Shown here: in pieces, positions 41,436-54,352 of the stretch | Layout: every line of letters starts with the position of its first letter | Numbering within the stretch: the stretch's first letter is position 1 | NCBI RefSeq assembly: GCF_011745625.1 | Contig: NW_027191463.1 | Coordinates: 124,001-188,000 of the forward strand | Source: Cladosporium halotolerans | Lineage: Eukaryota | DNA: 64,000 nucleotides | Direction of reading: 5' to 3' | The notes under the pieces: model-generated | Database searches by the model: none | What the model saw: the letters and a program-made list of their open reading frames with translations, nothing else | What the model was told of the DNA's origin: nothing | Translations under genes and position numbers: made by a program

Positions 41436-42731
41436 TCATCGGCGACGTCCATATTCCGTACCATTCCCCCCTCCACCAGCACTACACTGCCCCAGCGTCG
41501 GCATCTTCGGCTCGATATCAACAGTCGTGACCTGCACACTATTATCCGCGCCGCCCAACCGGCCACCTCCGATGATCATGATAGTCGCCGGGTCGTCCGG
41601 CATAACCATCAACGCCCGCGTATAGCTCGCGCCCGCCGGCGTCTCCAGCACCGTCCAGGCGCCGGCACCAAGATTGTGATTTAGGAACAGCTCCCTGTTA
41701 TTGCCGTCGGAAACCACGATCGTGCCCAGAGGCCCGCCAGCCGGCGTCCAGACATTGTACGGCGAACCGACTGTAATCGTTCCGTCAGTTGCGACGAGAG
41801 CATGGTCGGGTTTGGAGCCGAACGTGCGCGGGTCGCGCGAGATGCGATAGTAGACTGCGAAGTCTGCCTCTTCGGCGCCGTAGAATTCGAAGGTCATGAT
41901 CCAGTTGCCGAAGGGCAGCTCGCTGACGGTGGGCATGCCGGGGCGCCAGGTGGCGTTTGCGTAGACGATGTCGTCGACGATCGGGCCCCAGGTTAGAGGT
42001 CTGTTGTGGTCTGGTGCACCATTTTCTGCCCGAGGGTGTTGTTGGGGTCGCGCTGGTCGGAGTAGTAGAGGATGAGTTCGCCGTTGTAGGTGAGCATGAA
42101 GGGCTCCCAGACTGGTTCGTACTGGTTCTCTGGGAGGGCGACGCCGCCTCGGGCCACAGAGGAGACAAATTCCCAGGTGTAGCTAGAAGAAGCTGGTTAT
42201 TGACGAATCATTCTGAAGTCGAGGCTAAGCGAAGACTTACCCTTTGTCAGTAGAAGCATAGACATCAATCTTAGTTTCCCTCAGATCAGCCGGAATACTG
42301 TTGGCTGCCACGAGGAGTGTTCCAGCAGGATAGCTCCCAATATCCTCGGTCATCTCATAGAGATCAGGCTGATAGCGAAGCCCCCAGCCATTTTGGGCAT
42401 CATACACTCGCGATCTCTCCGACCACGTCTCGCCCAAATCGGTCGACTCCCAAATAGGAATGTACGGATTCAGAGGGCAATTGTCCGGGCAAGGCGCCGT
42501 GTTATTCTCCGTTGGCAGGTAGTTCTCCCATGTGGCTAGGAGTGTGCTACTGCCGTCACAGTCAAGTTTTCTGACACGGGCATATAGAGTGCGAGGGACT
42601 GTGTAGTTCTCCGGTGGGTCGAAGACGGTGACGTTCGTCAGCAGCTGTCTGGTAGAGCCGCCTGCCTGGGCTGTCACCAATGGCAGGATGAGGCTGCATA
42701 GAGTGCCAACTTTGACAAGAGAGTGTAGCAT
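41436..42731 (-). pseudogene. GH93-like BNR/Asp-box exo-arabinanase with a 1-nt frameshift (pseudogene or sequencing error)
   Basis: Signal peptide; RTLYAR, LLATWENY, STDLGETW, NGWGLRYQP, STDKG|YTWEFVS, VWEPF and YYSDQRDP, then HQTTTDL-TAA at about 41993-41995. The expected TWGPIVDD..RPGMPTV continues in another frame. Confidence 0.8.
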
Positions 42732-43264
42732 CTGCGCAATCATGAGTCCAAGGATGAGCGAGCTCAAGGCGCCTTCGCGGTCTCGAAGACCAATGGCTGG
42801 TCTTTGTACCATCGCCCCTTCCCCTCACCTCGAACGCCTACGCCTGTACCCATGACGCGATGGAAGAATCAATCGCGGTAGCCGGTTCGAGATGCACCGA
42901 GAGTCTTGGTATGTCAACAAGGGCCCATGCATGAGGGGAACGTGTATGCGCAAGTGCAATGGCCTGCCAAGGACCTTATGCCTCATCCCCTCAAGAGTGA
43001 AACCAGGGTCGGATACTGTATTGGGGCATGGACAATTCTAATCCTGTACACCTTAAGAATCCTAATATGACTAATTTTCCGACCCGGTAGCGGCTGGCTT
43101 GAGCGGTTCTGCAATTGGTAGTTCTGTTTGCTCTCTACATTGCTTGAGTTGGCTGTATTTGTTCGCAGGTGCGTGTCGAGAACTTTCATCTGAAGCCTGA
43201 GGATTGTTAATGTATTATATTATTTGTGTTTTTGCCACTCATTCAAGAACAAGCCAATTACAAA

Positions 43265-43350
43265 GCGCTCTTGGTCTAGTGGCTATGATTGCCGCCTTCC
43301 AAACCCCTGTTTGATAGCGGCAGAGCGGGGTTCAATTCCCCGAGGGCGCA
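43265..43350 (+). tRNA. tRNA-Gly (anticodon TCC) with a 14-nt intron (43302-43315)
   Basis: Acceptor stem GCGCTCT/AGGGCGC; A-box TGGTCTAGTGG; anticodon stem GCCGC/GCGGC around CT-TCC-A; T arm CGGGG-TTCAATT-CCCCG; downstream T-run. Mature length 72 nt. Confidence 0.92.
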
Positions 43351-43771
43351 TCTTTTGTTTTCTCGCACGGAAACTCGACTTTTTGAGAGCTTTGCGCAAA
43401 GCAGATGCCTGCCATCTTCGCAAGAGAGACTCTGAGGCTGGTGGTAGTTGAGTCTGCCAATAAGAGAGGCAATTACTTTGCAATTGAGCCTTTGACGCTG
43501 ATACATGCCTTAATCGACGACGAGCAAACTCCTAGTCGAGATGTGTTCCTGGAGCCGATCTTGCAGGCTCTTAGGGGCGCCGGAGAAAGGCTTCTCTCCC
43601 AGTCATCAGACCTCGCCACCAGGGATGAGAAACTACAACGAGATGGTACGAAAATCGAAGAATGTCGCCTCGACAGAAATAGTTCTAAGAAGTAGAATAG
43701 AATACAACTTTTGATCTATGAGAAATGATGTTTACGAAATTGACTACGAAATGCGCCATCAGACAGGCTCA

Positions 43772-45875
43772 CTAGAGCCCATCGTCGATCTGGTCGACAA
43801 CATTACGGTTCGACCACGCGTCCCAGTCGTCGCAGGTCTGCTGCATGATATCCGGGATCTTCATCTCGTTCTCCAGCGCGTCGGGGTTCTCCAGGACGGT
43901 CCAGACGAAGCCGGCGCTCAGGTGCCATGCGATGTGGCAGTGGAGAGGCTGCGGAAGAGTCAGTAATGGTCTAGGTGTGAAAGAGGTTGCAAAACTTACC
44001 CAAACACCAGGGTTGTCCTGCGTCCACTGGAGGACGATGAACGAACCCGGCGCCACGTTCTGCACGTCGCGACGCTGCGGGTTCTCCGGGTTGGTGATGG
44101 TGCCGTCCCAGCAGGAGCCGTAGTTGTCCATCGTCTCGCCGGCCATGCCGGGCCAAGAGCCGATGTCGCGCTTGTTGAAGCCGTTGATGTTGCTGGTGAG
44201 GTTGCTGGTCTGGTTGCCGCCGAAGATGGTGTCGTTGTTGGTGCAGGGGCCCTGGGCCAGGACCTGGATGTTGTGCCCGTGCATGTGCATGGGGTGGTAC
44301 TGGTTACCGGGGTTCTCGATGATGAAGCGCAGGGTCTTGTTGGTGCCGTAGTTGTGCACGTTCTCGATCTCGGGGTAGTCGTTGTCGCCCTGGTTGGCGC
44401 GGAGGAGGATCGGGTCGTTGTAGTTGACGCGGAAGGTGCGGTTGGCCTGGTACCAGACGAGGTGAGTGCCGTTCGATCGCAGCTCGATAGGCAGTATCTC
44501 GGTCACGCTAGGGTCCTCGGCCTTCATGGGGTAGTAGGGCTTTGTCAAGCTGAGGTCGTCGTTGCTACAGTCGTTGTTGTAGGCGTTGGGTCCGGCAGAC
44601 GAGACTGGAAGCTCAGATCGATCCGCGTCCTCGTAGTAGATTGCGGCTAAGACTTCCTCGTTGCCATTGCTCAAAGCGCAGTCGGCTGGCCTGTACGCGC
44701 GCATGTAGACGGCATCAGTCGAGTCGCCAGTAGCTTTAACGACGACATCGCTGCGCTGTCCAACACCGAGAGTGATGACATCCGTCTCGTACGGCTCGAT
44801 CTCGACGAAGTCATTAGCAATGACACTGAACTTGTGGTTGTCGATGGTGATCTTCTGGACAGCGACAGACGACGGGTTGATCAAGCGAAGGCGATGAGTC
44901 TGGCCAGAGGTGAAGTTGAATGTCGACATCAACGGGTCTTCCTCACAGGGGAGGTCAGTGTCGTCGCAGGAGTAGGTTCCCTTGCCGTTGATCGTGTTCG
45001 AGTCAGCCCTGGGGACGATGGCGTTGGGGATAGGCTGGAAAAGTCCGTCAATCTGGTCTTTGTAGTTCTGGTGGTACCAGTCCATGACCATCACAGGGCC
45101 AAGGTCGACATCATAATCCATGTTCTTGGGTCCGTATACAACAATGGGGCCAACCATTCCACTACCATATTGAGCCGAGTAGTGGGAGTGGTACCAAGTC
45201 GAGCCATACAGCGACGCGCGGAAGCGGTAGGTGAACTCGCCCTCTGGCGCAATGGGGCATTGTCCGTATCCAGGAACGCCGTCCATGTACTGTGTGTTCT
45301 TCTGAAGGAAACCATGCCAATGAATCGATGTGCCCTCTTCGAGATCCGTGAGGTTGTTCCTGAGCTTCACTTCAATCCAATCTCCCCAGTTCGCCTACTC
45401 TTGATCAGCATCGTTGCCACCGAAATGTGCCAATTACTTTGCCGTACCTCGATAGTAGGACCAGGGAACTGGCCGTTGACAAGCACACAGTCGATGGTAA
45501 CGCCATCAGGAGCACATGGTGCCGACGAAACAGTCCAATCGTAATGTCTCGTCACTCCAGTGTTGGGGATTGCATCCATGTCATAGTAGTTTGTGTTCTT
45601 CGAGGTTCTGTCGCTCCAAGGAAAGCCATTGGGCAGCGGGTTATCCTTCAAGAATGACGGAAGGAGTTTCGCGCTATTTGTGCCCAATGGCGATAGATTA
45701 AGTTTCGAGAGGCCTATGTTCACTGTTAGTCTGCAAAAGAAAACAGATTCTTGTGCGAGCAAGGGACTATACCATCGTTCAGTCCAGACGTAACATCCTT
45801 GAGGGTGTTGTCGAGCCCAGACAGCAGTCCTCGCTCTGCGAGTGCCGCAGTTGCAAGCTTTGTGAACGCGGGCAT
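43772..45875 (-). CDS. Laccase-like multicopper oxidase (AA1)
   Basis: HWHG, WYHSH, HPMHMHGH and HCHIAWH copper motifs; VNGQFPGPTIE; C-terminal DDGL. Introns near 45710-45770, 45396-45446 and 43949-43999. Confidence 0.93.
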
Positions 45876-47654
45876 CTCAGTGCTGGAACGACTGAGAAGG
45901 AGCAAGAATGCACCGCGAATACAGTTTGTGGTAATGAACGGTTTCTTCAAGAAGCTGCGTGGCAAAGAAAACAAGGCAGGATCGTCGCTAAATACATACT
46001 CTCGGGCAATTGATTGATCGTTGAAGCTAGCGCAGGTAAAGATGGATCTCCGTGTGCTAATCAAGCGCATCGACCAACACGGCTGTGACGATAGATAGGG
46101 CCTCCACGATCCATATTCGGAGTTTCAGACTTGAGCCCTAAGCTTCTGTCAGTAGTAACTGTATGTCGGCAGTCCAATGGACGAGGGTCTGTGATCCAGT
46201 CGCCCGTGAGAGCTTTCGTAAGACGCATGAGCAATGAGTAGATTGATATCTTTCAAGACCAGTATGATCTGGAATACCAATCTTGTTTCTCACACCGTTT
46301 CCCGCCCATCCAAAACGGCCAACGGAATGCGCCTGCCGAAGGTGACGACTACATCGAACCAGCGGATCTTTGCCTGGTCTATCGGGACCGAACCCCGATC
46401 GACTAGATGGACGCACGGCAGGATCTACGGTGATGCAGTAGTGTCCCGTCGTGTCCGTGCTGTCGGTGGTAGTGTGTGACAAGCCCCATATTATCTGTGG
46501 GCCAAGGCAGTTTGGAAACCGCGACCACGTTGATCAACACAAACAGTCTTAACGGCTGACAGTCTTCCATGTGTTGAGTAATACACAATGACGAACCTAG
46601 AGTGGTAGCTGCATTTTTCCGTCAGACACCTTACATCAATGGTCTGCGCTCGCACAGGCATGACTGCGATTTCCCACTCACTATCGTGATAAATACGATC
46701 TCGGGCTTGACCCCGACTCATCAGCCGCTTGATGTAGACGATCGTCATAGACGCGCGGGAAGCAGACATGCGCTGCGAACTTTGGGATTAGCCCGTTTCG
46801 CGAGATTACTGTTCTCGGAACAAAGATGCCATGCGCCCACCCGGAGTGTTTCGAAGACGCCCACGGAAAGCTTTATTTGTCGTAGCTAAGGCTTATCTCA
46901 TCGCGATCTGGCGCGGCCGACGGCACATGCAAGCCGGCCGTGATTTCCATGTGAGCTGGGCACCTTTGCCATGTAGATGAGCCCTGCGTCGGAATGATGG
47001 TCGGCCAAAGGCTGATGACGCTAGCGGTTTGGCGACGCAGCAAGACTGTTTTCGATGGTATCAGGTGAATTTGTCACCGGGCACTGCTCGCGAGTCTGAG
47101 CGCAACGCTTCAGCTTCCACTTCAACTTCGAAGTCCAGCTTGCTGCTCTTCACCTAATGGTAAGAACATTGAGGAAACCAGTCAGGCAGACTTCACCTTA
47201 TCCTGCTATATAGCAGGCCGTTTTCAAGACGTCAATCGACCTCCTTTATGACTACCCTAACCCTAACCCTATTGAATGCCCTAGAATTTTACTCGAAGAG
47301 TTCGTCGCTAGGTCAATCGCGCCGTTCGCATGACTGTTCGTAGTCTACAGGTTTTGTAAACTATGGACTGATTGAAAAAGCCTGGAATTCAAAGTATCTT
47401 CGTGTGTGGCTATTCTGTTGCATCTGATCGTTGAACAGTTGGCGACGTGTTGGAGTCAGGAACTTTACATTGCTTCTCACGGATTATTACTTTCACTCCA
47501 AGTCAGGAATTGTTTTGGATTGCAGCAGTGACTGCTTCATTTGGATTGAGCTGACTTGCTGGTGCCCATGCAGCATCGTATCCTGTTTAGCGCGATATTT
47601 GACGATCCACCATCTAACTCCATTCTCCCCGCCTCCTCATTACCTCTCGCTCAC

Positions 47655-49330
47655 CTACGTGACATACGGCTGATAGACCGTCCCCTCCAGAAGCGCCTTT
47701 TCATAAAGCCTCCTATTCAGCCGCTTCATATGAAACTTCAGCGTCAACGCCGCCGTCACCGCAACAGCCGCACACACCATCATCAAGATAAACGCCAGCT
47801 GGTACCGCGGCTCGTCCCTGTCGCGAAAGAAGTACGGCGCGATCACGTTGCCCACCTGGCCCAGCACGTTGCACAGCGCGACGGAGACGGCGCGGTTCTC
47901 CGGCGTGCGGCCCATCGTGCTCGACACCCAGGTGCTGATGAGCGGGTTGGCGGTGTACATGCCGCCGACGTAGACGAAGGCGGCGCCGTAGCGGGCGCCG
48001 CCGTCCAGCGTCGCGAGGCAGACGACGTAGCCCGCGCAGCCGACGGCGATCGGGCCCGCGAAGTGGTACCCGCGCTCGCCGGTGCGGTCGGAGTGCCAGG
48101 CGTTGAGCAGCGAGCCGAGCGCGGCGAAGATGTACGGCGGGCAGGTGAGCAGCAGGCTGACGACGTCGCTGTAGCCGAAGCCGCGCACGATGGACGGGAA
48201 GAAGTTGCTGAAGCCGTAGGCGGCGGAGATGCCGATGTTGAGCGTGACCAGCAGCACCATCTTCCAGTCGAAGAGGGCCATCTTGAGGCCTGCCCAGACG
48301 CCGGTTGTGGCGGCGGAGGTCGAGACGCGGTCTGCGACGATGCGGGCGGAGGCGATGCGCCGCATGTCGGAGGTCATCGTCCACATTGCGCTACCGGATT
48401 GGGAGTGTGGGTAGTCTGGGAGGAGGAAGAGGGAGATGAGGGCCAGTCCCGTGCCGCAGACGGCGAGGACGATGAATAGCCATTTCCAGCCGGCGATGCC
48501 GTAACTCTGAGCCATGCCGTTAGTATTGGGAAGCTGTGTCGCGGGGCTCTTGGACTCTCCAAGGCAAGATACTCACCTGATCAAGTGTGCCGAAGACTGC
48601 GGCGGCGATCAGCCCTGCCGTGCAGTAAGCCAGCGTCTGACCAGTGAAGAGAATAGCAACGCGCATCGCCATTTCTTTGCGTGTGTACCAGCAACTCATC
48701 AGGTAGACTGCACCTGGCAAAAGAGGGGCTTCAACGACACCCAAAAAGAATCGCACAAGGACGAGGCCCGTGAAGTTTGTCGTCCCGCACATGGACACTG
48801 ACACGCCCGACCAGACGATCGCCATGAGGCAAAGGTAAAGACTAGGTCGGAGATATCCAATGATCATGTTGGAGGGGATTTGACCGAGAACGTAGCTGTG
48901 ATGCGAACTCCGTTAGCATCACCGACGATGACAGACGTCAATCAACATACCCCAGGGACAAGATCATAACCGCAGTCTGGAAGTGATCGTCCTCCAGACC
49001 CAAGTCTTCTTCGAAGGTGTTGAGCCGAGCTTGCGCAATAGATGCGCGATCCAGATAATTGAAAAGGTACAAAGACCACAGGCAGGGCATGAGTGTCATG
49101 TCAAGGCGTCTGACGATCTTCTTCTCCAAAGCACGCCATTCGGGAATCCCCAGGGCGTCAATCTGATCTTCAGGCGACGGGACGAAGTCGGCTTGCTTTT
49201 CGAAGACTTCCGCATCGGCGACGGCGTCTGTATTGTCTTTCAGGTTCTGCGCGGGAGTCTCTGCGGACATTCTTGCAGGTGGGTTGTTGTCTTCGACATC
49301 TTGCGGGGTGACCTTATCGCTGCCGACCAT
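47655..49330 (-). CDS. MFS transporter, anion:cation symporter (Dal5/allantoate permease) family
   Basis: EKKIVRRLDMTLMP, NYLDRASIAQA, QIPSNM, RFFLGVVEAP, SCWYTRKEMAMR, GIAGWKWLF and LLTCPPY motifs; two introns. Start may instead be the MSAETP ATG near 49270. Confidence 0.9.
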
Positions 49331-50897
49331 ATTGTTGAGCAATGCAGTGGCTGCGTGTGGCGGATTGAACTGAAAAGTCGAGGGCGACCTGTTCCTTCGT
49401 TGCCAGGTGACATACCGAAGAAGACGACTTTATATTGCACTTGGTAATTCCAGAGGACGTTCCCATTTGCGTGTGGCATGTTGATAACTTTCCGTGGGCC
49501 AGTAGTTCCACGGAAACCCAGTCAGGCACGCTCACAGGCAGTGACCAATAGTCTGAGGCTGGTCGCTCTAGTTCGCATGCGACTTCACTCACTTGGCCAA
49601 CTCAGAGACCTCAAGCCCGCGGCTAGAAGACTCGGACAAAGAGAATAGCCTATGCAACCATGCCGCTTCCCCTCAAGACCCGCCCTCCAAGGCCAAGCGT
49701 CTCCGCATTGTTGATCCCACAACCGTGCTCTCCAGGCGGGGCCCCAGAACCAAATGTCCAATTCGCATGGGGGTGGGACCTCGAAATGCTTCCAAATCTT
49801 GGACTTACGTGTCCCAAGATCTTGGAGATTCACATCGCGTCGGATCCCGAGCAGATCATTGCCGTGTACTGCCGATCGAACAAAGCCTTCGGACGAATGT
49901 AGTACGAAGCCCAGCGCACCAGTGTCTGCGTGCGGGTGGTGCTCTTCCGGCTCAGAATGGCCCGCGGTCGGCGCAAGAACGATCCAGTCTTGCAGCGTCA
50001 GGACTCTTCCTAACCGCACAATATCATGTTCGAATCAGTGATCTGCGAGCTGGATCGGAAGGTGGTGGCTTCATGAAGGAGCTCGTCCCGATCAGCTCGG
50101 CAAGTGAGGTTCCTGACAGCCCGGGAGACAGCCTCGCAGGGCGGGGAGGCTGAAGCCACCGAATCCCACGGGGTTAGGGTTGTGTCGGTTGGCGGCAGGC
50201 GGCACATGTGCCAAGTGCGGACGACACCTCGTGTATTATTCTGGCTAGGATGCTACATGAGGTACCCGCTTTGCAGGCATTAGCGGTGCGCGACGAACCG
50301 CTTCGCGTTAAGATCCTCGAGTGCCCTTTGTATTGGGGATGCGTTGTGAGAGAGGATAGGGCTTGAGTCGTGCCTGTACATTGATTGCCAAAGGTGCACA
50401 AAGGATAGGCTGGAAAGGAGAAACCAACAGACTCTATAAGCAAACAAGGTAGAGAGACGGGGGTCGCAAGCGGCCAGGCTTGGCTTCCACCGCGTGCAGT
50501 TTGCCCCTCTCGGCATGACATTGTGCGTCGGCTTCGGCAAAAGCCTCCGCCTTCGCGCGCAATCCTCCATGTTTTGGGAGGCGGGCATTGGGAGAGCGCG
50601 AGACAAACCGCAAGCTGCTTCTTCGGCCGACGCGAACCAACCGTGCGTCATCTCTCGCTTGCTGGGTGCGCACGAAGGACAATAGTATTTGTAAAGGATC
50701 GCGCCAATTCTCTTAACCGAAGGAACTCAAAAAAGATTGGACCATCAATTCTACCACAAGCATAATACGCTGTCCTATCCGCTCTCTCTTCCTCTTTCTC
50801 TCTCTCGCTATCTGCAAACTCCCCAGAACCAATAAACCCCATCAAGAATGTCCCTCCCAACCCTCTCCTCCCGCCCCCCTCCGCTCCCCATCCAACC

Positions 50898-53800
50898 TCA
50901 GATAAACCTCCCCCTCCTCCCCGCCTCCGCCCCAACCTCCTCCCTCATCCCCGGCCCATCAGCCCAGCACCAACCCCCACTCCCTCCACTCCCCCCACCA
51001 CCATCTCCTCCGCCAGCGGCACGATGAATCCCCGGCTGCCGCATCGCAAACCCACAAACCCTACAAACGAACCCCCGCCCAGGGCGAAACGAGTAGCCCG
51101 AAAGAGCCTGCTGGCCCGCGGAGCCCGGGAAAAACGCCCAGCCCGGGCTGTGCGGCGCCTGCGGGAAGCCCGGGGGCGGGAGGAAAGGTTCGTGGAGGGG
51201 CGTTGAGATGGACATTTGCGTGGTTGGGGGTTGGTAAGGGGGCGGGTGGGCGTGCGGGTGGGCTTGGAGGTTTGCGCAGTGGAAAGGGTCGGAGGCGGGG
51301 TTCATTGTGGCTGGTTGGTGTTGGAAGTCGGCGAGGGAGAGGGGCAGCCAGGCGGCGGGGTCGATGGAGGCGTGGTTGAAGTCGAAGGTGGAGGGGTTTT
51401 GGTCGGGGGCGGGCATGGTGTTGTATAGGGGGCCGGGGAGAGGGAGGGGTTGTGAGGCGGCTGGGTTGGGGTGTTGGTGGAGCGGAATATCAGGTTGCAT
51501 GTTGAAGAGAGGATTTGGTTGGGGCGGCCGTTGGTTTGTTTCTAAGTCTCTTGCTCTGCCTTTGCCTTTGCCGATGTAGGGGGCGTATTGATTGGAATCA
51601 ATGAGTTGCAGTGGCTGCCCAAGTGAGGCGTGGCGAGACGGCTGTGGTGGTAGCATGACTGGCTCAGTCGGGCCAGGGAGATGGAAGGTATCCCACATCA
51701 TCGCGTCAGCAGCGTCCTGCATAGAAGGCCGTCGCTGGTCTTGAGCAGCGACGTTGGAGGTAGGATCAGCGGCAGCCTGTTGCGAGGCAGGTTCAAAACC
51801 CGGGGCATTGGCAAGCATCTGCATGGCCGTGGGCGGTACCTGCAACAGAAGCGTTTCGTTTAGCGCAAGCTCCTCACAACATCAAGCTTCAAGGGGCGGA
51901 GGTAGGCGGTACGGCATTCTCTTCGTCCAGTGTGTCGGGGACCGAAGGCCCGTTGTATCCACCCCATGCACCGAATTGCGAGTGCGGGTTGATGTTGAAG
52001 CCTGAGTGTTGCATGGCCATAGAAGGATCATTGAAATTGAACTGCTGAGGGGCGGTCTGCTGTAGAGCAGGAGGCTGCACGGCGTAGCTCTGCGGCATAG
52101 TCGAGCCTCGTCGATAGTATTGCTGCTGGCTCGGTGGTGAGCTGTAGTGCTGAGATGGACCTGCTTCTCCGTAGTTGGGTCCTGCCGGCGCTGGCGCAAA
52201 CGCTTGGCCGGGTTGAGTAACTTGATAGAGTGGCTGTCCTTGAGCACTGTTGTGCGGCGAGCCGAAAGCGTTGCTGCTGTTGTTGCTACCAATCGAGCCC
52301 GTTGAGTTGGAATGATGCCACATGCTTGGCCGTCTTGTTCCGGCAATGACTTCCAACTCTCGAAGGCGTCCATTCAGATCGTCAAGTATTTCAGAAGTCT
52401 CGTTCTGATAACGCTGGCTCCAGCTAGAGAGCAGTCAGTCAATGTGACCTTGCGATTTGAGGGCATTTACTTACCTCATGTAACCCCATCGGACACCAAA
52501 TTGGGTCAGACATTCTGAGATGTTCTTGATGCAATGGATGCTTCTCATCGTATTGAAGTGCTGAGGGGTATCACCTGGTGGGAGGTTGACCAGCGGGAGC
52601 GGAGGTGGTGGTCTCGTCAACGCCTTGACTTCTGGTCGCTGGGCTACTACGCCGTTCAGTAATCCTTGCATGTTCTGCTGCAACACATCAAGGAACTGGC
52701 GGCCTGTCATGTACACTCTCATGGCATCGTAAAAAGTGGTCGGTGCAGTGCAATTTTTGTCGGTGATTCTTTGTAGCATTACTCTTGCGAAGCGGATGCA
52801 GTATTCGAAGATCAAGGTCTGAGCATAAGGGTTGATGATCGGTACTCGAGGTGACGGCGATAGAACATAGACATAGGAGTAGAGGAGATCTAGCTCGAAG
52901 AACAAGAGCATATTCGGCGGCGTGGATTGTGACACGTTCTCGAACCAAGTCTTCATCTGGTCGCATGCGTCCCAGATGTATGGGTATGGCTCATCCCATG
53001 CGGTTCTGCCAGACTGGAAAAGATCAGAGTACCACTTGGATTGCAGCCGGCGTAAAGCGAGGAGATCCATTGCATGTTGGTTAGACTGCAACCAGCCCCT
53101 AGCTTGAAGTTCTCTGGGATCCGGCGACTGGGGCTGGGAACACGGCGTTCGGGCGAAAGGTACTTTGACTTTGGCACTGTTGTCCGAGAAAGAGAACGCG
53201 CGCGTCTGCACAAGAGAGGTCGACCGATCGAAGCAGTAGACACACCAGAAAACTCTGCGTCGCAATTCCAGCTTGTGCTTTGACATTGCTGTGCCCTTGG
53301 GAGGGTCTTGATGAAGGCCCAGGTCAATCATAGCCCGAGAAGCTGCACCGATCAAGCTCCAGGAGTCAAAGTGATGCGGATCCAGCATGGCGTATTCCAC
53401 AAGTAGCACCAGAGCTTGTACACTAGATATAGCACCGGGATGAAGAACCGCCTCGGAGTGTTCCAGGGCAGCACACACGTGCCCTATGCCCTCAAGGTAA
53501 TGCTGGTCACCACTTCGCTCGGAGAGTGTGGCACTCGAAATGGCCAGTACCATTCGCAGCATCCAGTGGTCGATAGGCTCGGCTTGGTCAGGGCCTCCAC
53601 GATAGACATTGTTAACTGATGCGTAGAAGCTCGCCTTGTCGAAGACTGGGACCAGCTGGAAGAAGTTATTGAAATAGTACTCCACAAGTTGTGAAGCCAC
53701 GTGCCACGGCGGAAGCTCCTTAGTCGTTCCTTGTGGTAGAGGGTCTTTGGTGCATGCGGAAAGGATAAGACGTGCGTAGGACATAGCAGTGGTGAATCCG

Positions 53801-54352
53801 TAAAAGTCTCGGGCGGTGGCGTTAACGGAGAGAAATCCAAAGCCGGACACAAGCTCGTCAATTGCGGAAGCTTCCTCACGACGTTGAGCTTTGCTGGTAT
53901 TCGGAGTGGGATTGTCTGCGAGAGGTCGTGGTGGTTCATGCGAAGGCCTTCTCGATGGAACAACAGTAGCCGCATCCTCATCCGACATAGAGACGACGGA
54001 CGGCTTTCTGCGTCGCACATCTTCCAGCTTGGCCTGAAGTTTGTCGATGCGAGTCTCCAGCGTCGAAACATAGCTACGCTCCTTACCCCTAGCAAATTGA
54101 TCGTTGGTACTCGTGCATTCGTCCGCCCTGCCGTTTCTCTCGCAGGATGTGCAAGCCTGGGTTGCGAGATTAGTGATCGGTCCTGACAGCGCGGCGAAGA
54201 CACATCTTTCGAGGGCTTACCGGTAGCTTGCCGTCACACTTGATCTTCGCAGTTCTGCATCGTGAACAGGCTGCGACCGGCCGCGAGACCTTCAGCACCG
54301 GTGTCTCGAGCGGCATCAGGTCTGTAACATCGAAGTCGTCTACGGACAACAT
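50898..54352 (-). CDS. Zn(II)2Cys6 transcription factor with fungal TF middle homology region (Ppr1/UaY-superfamily-like)
   Basis: VSRPVAACSRCRTAKIKCDGKLP|ACTSCERNGRADEC..ERSYVSTLE; IDLGLHQDP and ELRRRVFWCVYCFDRS. The C-terminus lies at 51889 if intron 51840-51912 is retained, or at 50898 if it is spliced. Confidence 0.88.

Noticed and set aside
47253..47271. Telomere-like TACCCTAACCCTAACCCTA
   Set aside because: Under three full units and internal, with no flanking subtelomeric or transposon features; too short to call an interstitial telomere.
46100..47600. Gene-free, lower-GC stretch considered as a transposon remnant
   Set aside because: No terminal repeats, transposase or RT motifs, or obvious RIP signature seen; compatible with a long laccase promoter.
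49593..50153. 186-aa + strand ORF with KEN-like and basic motifs
   Set aside because: TTG start, no codon bias or recognisable domain; lies in the MFS promoter region.
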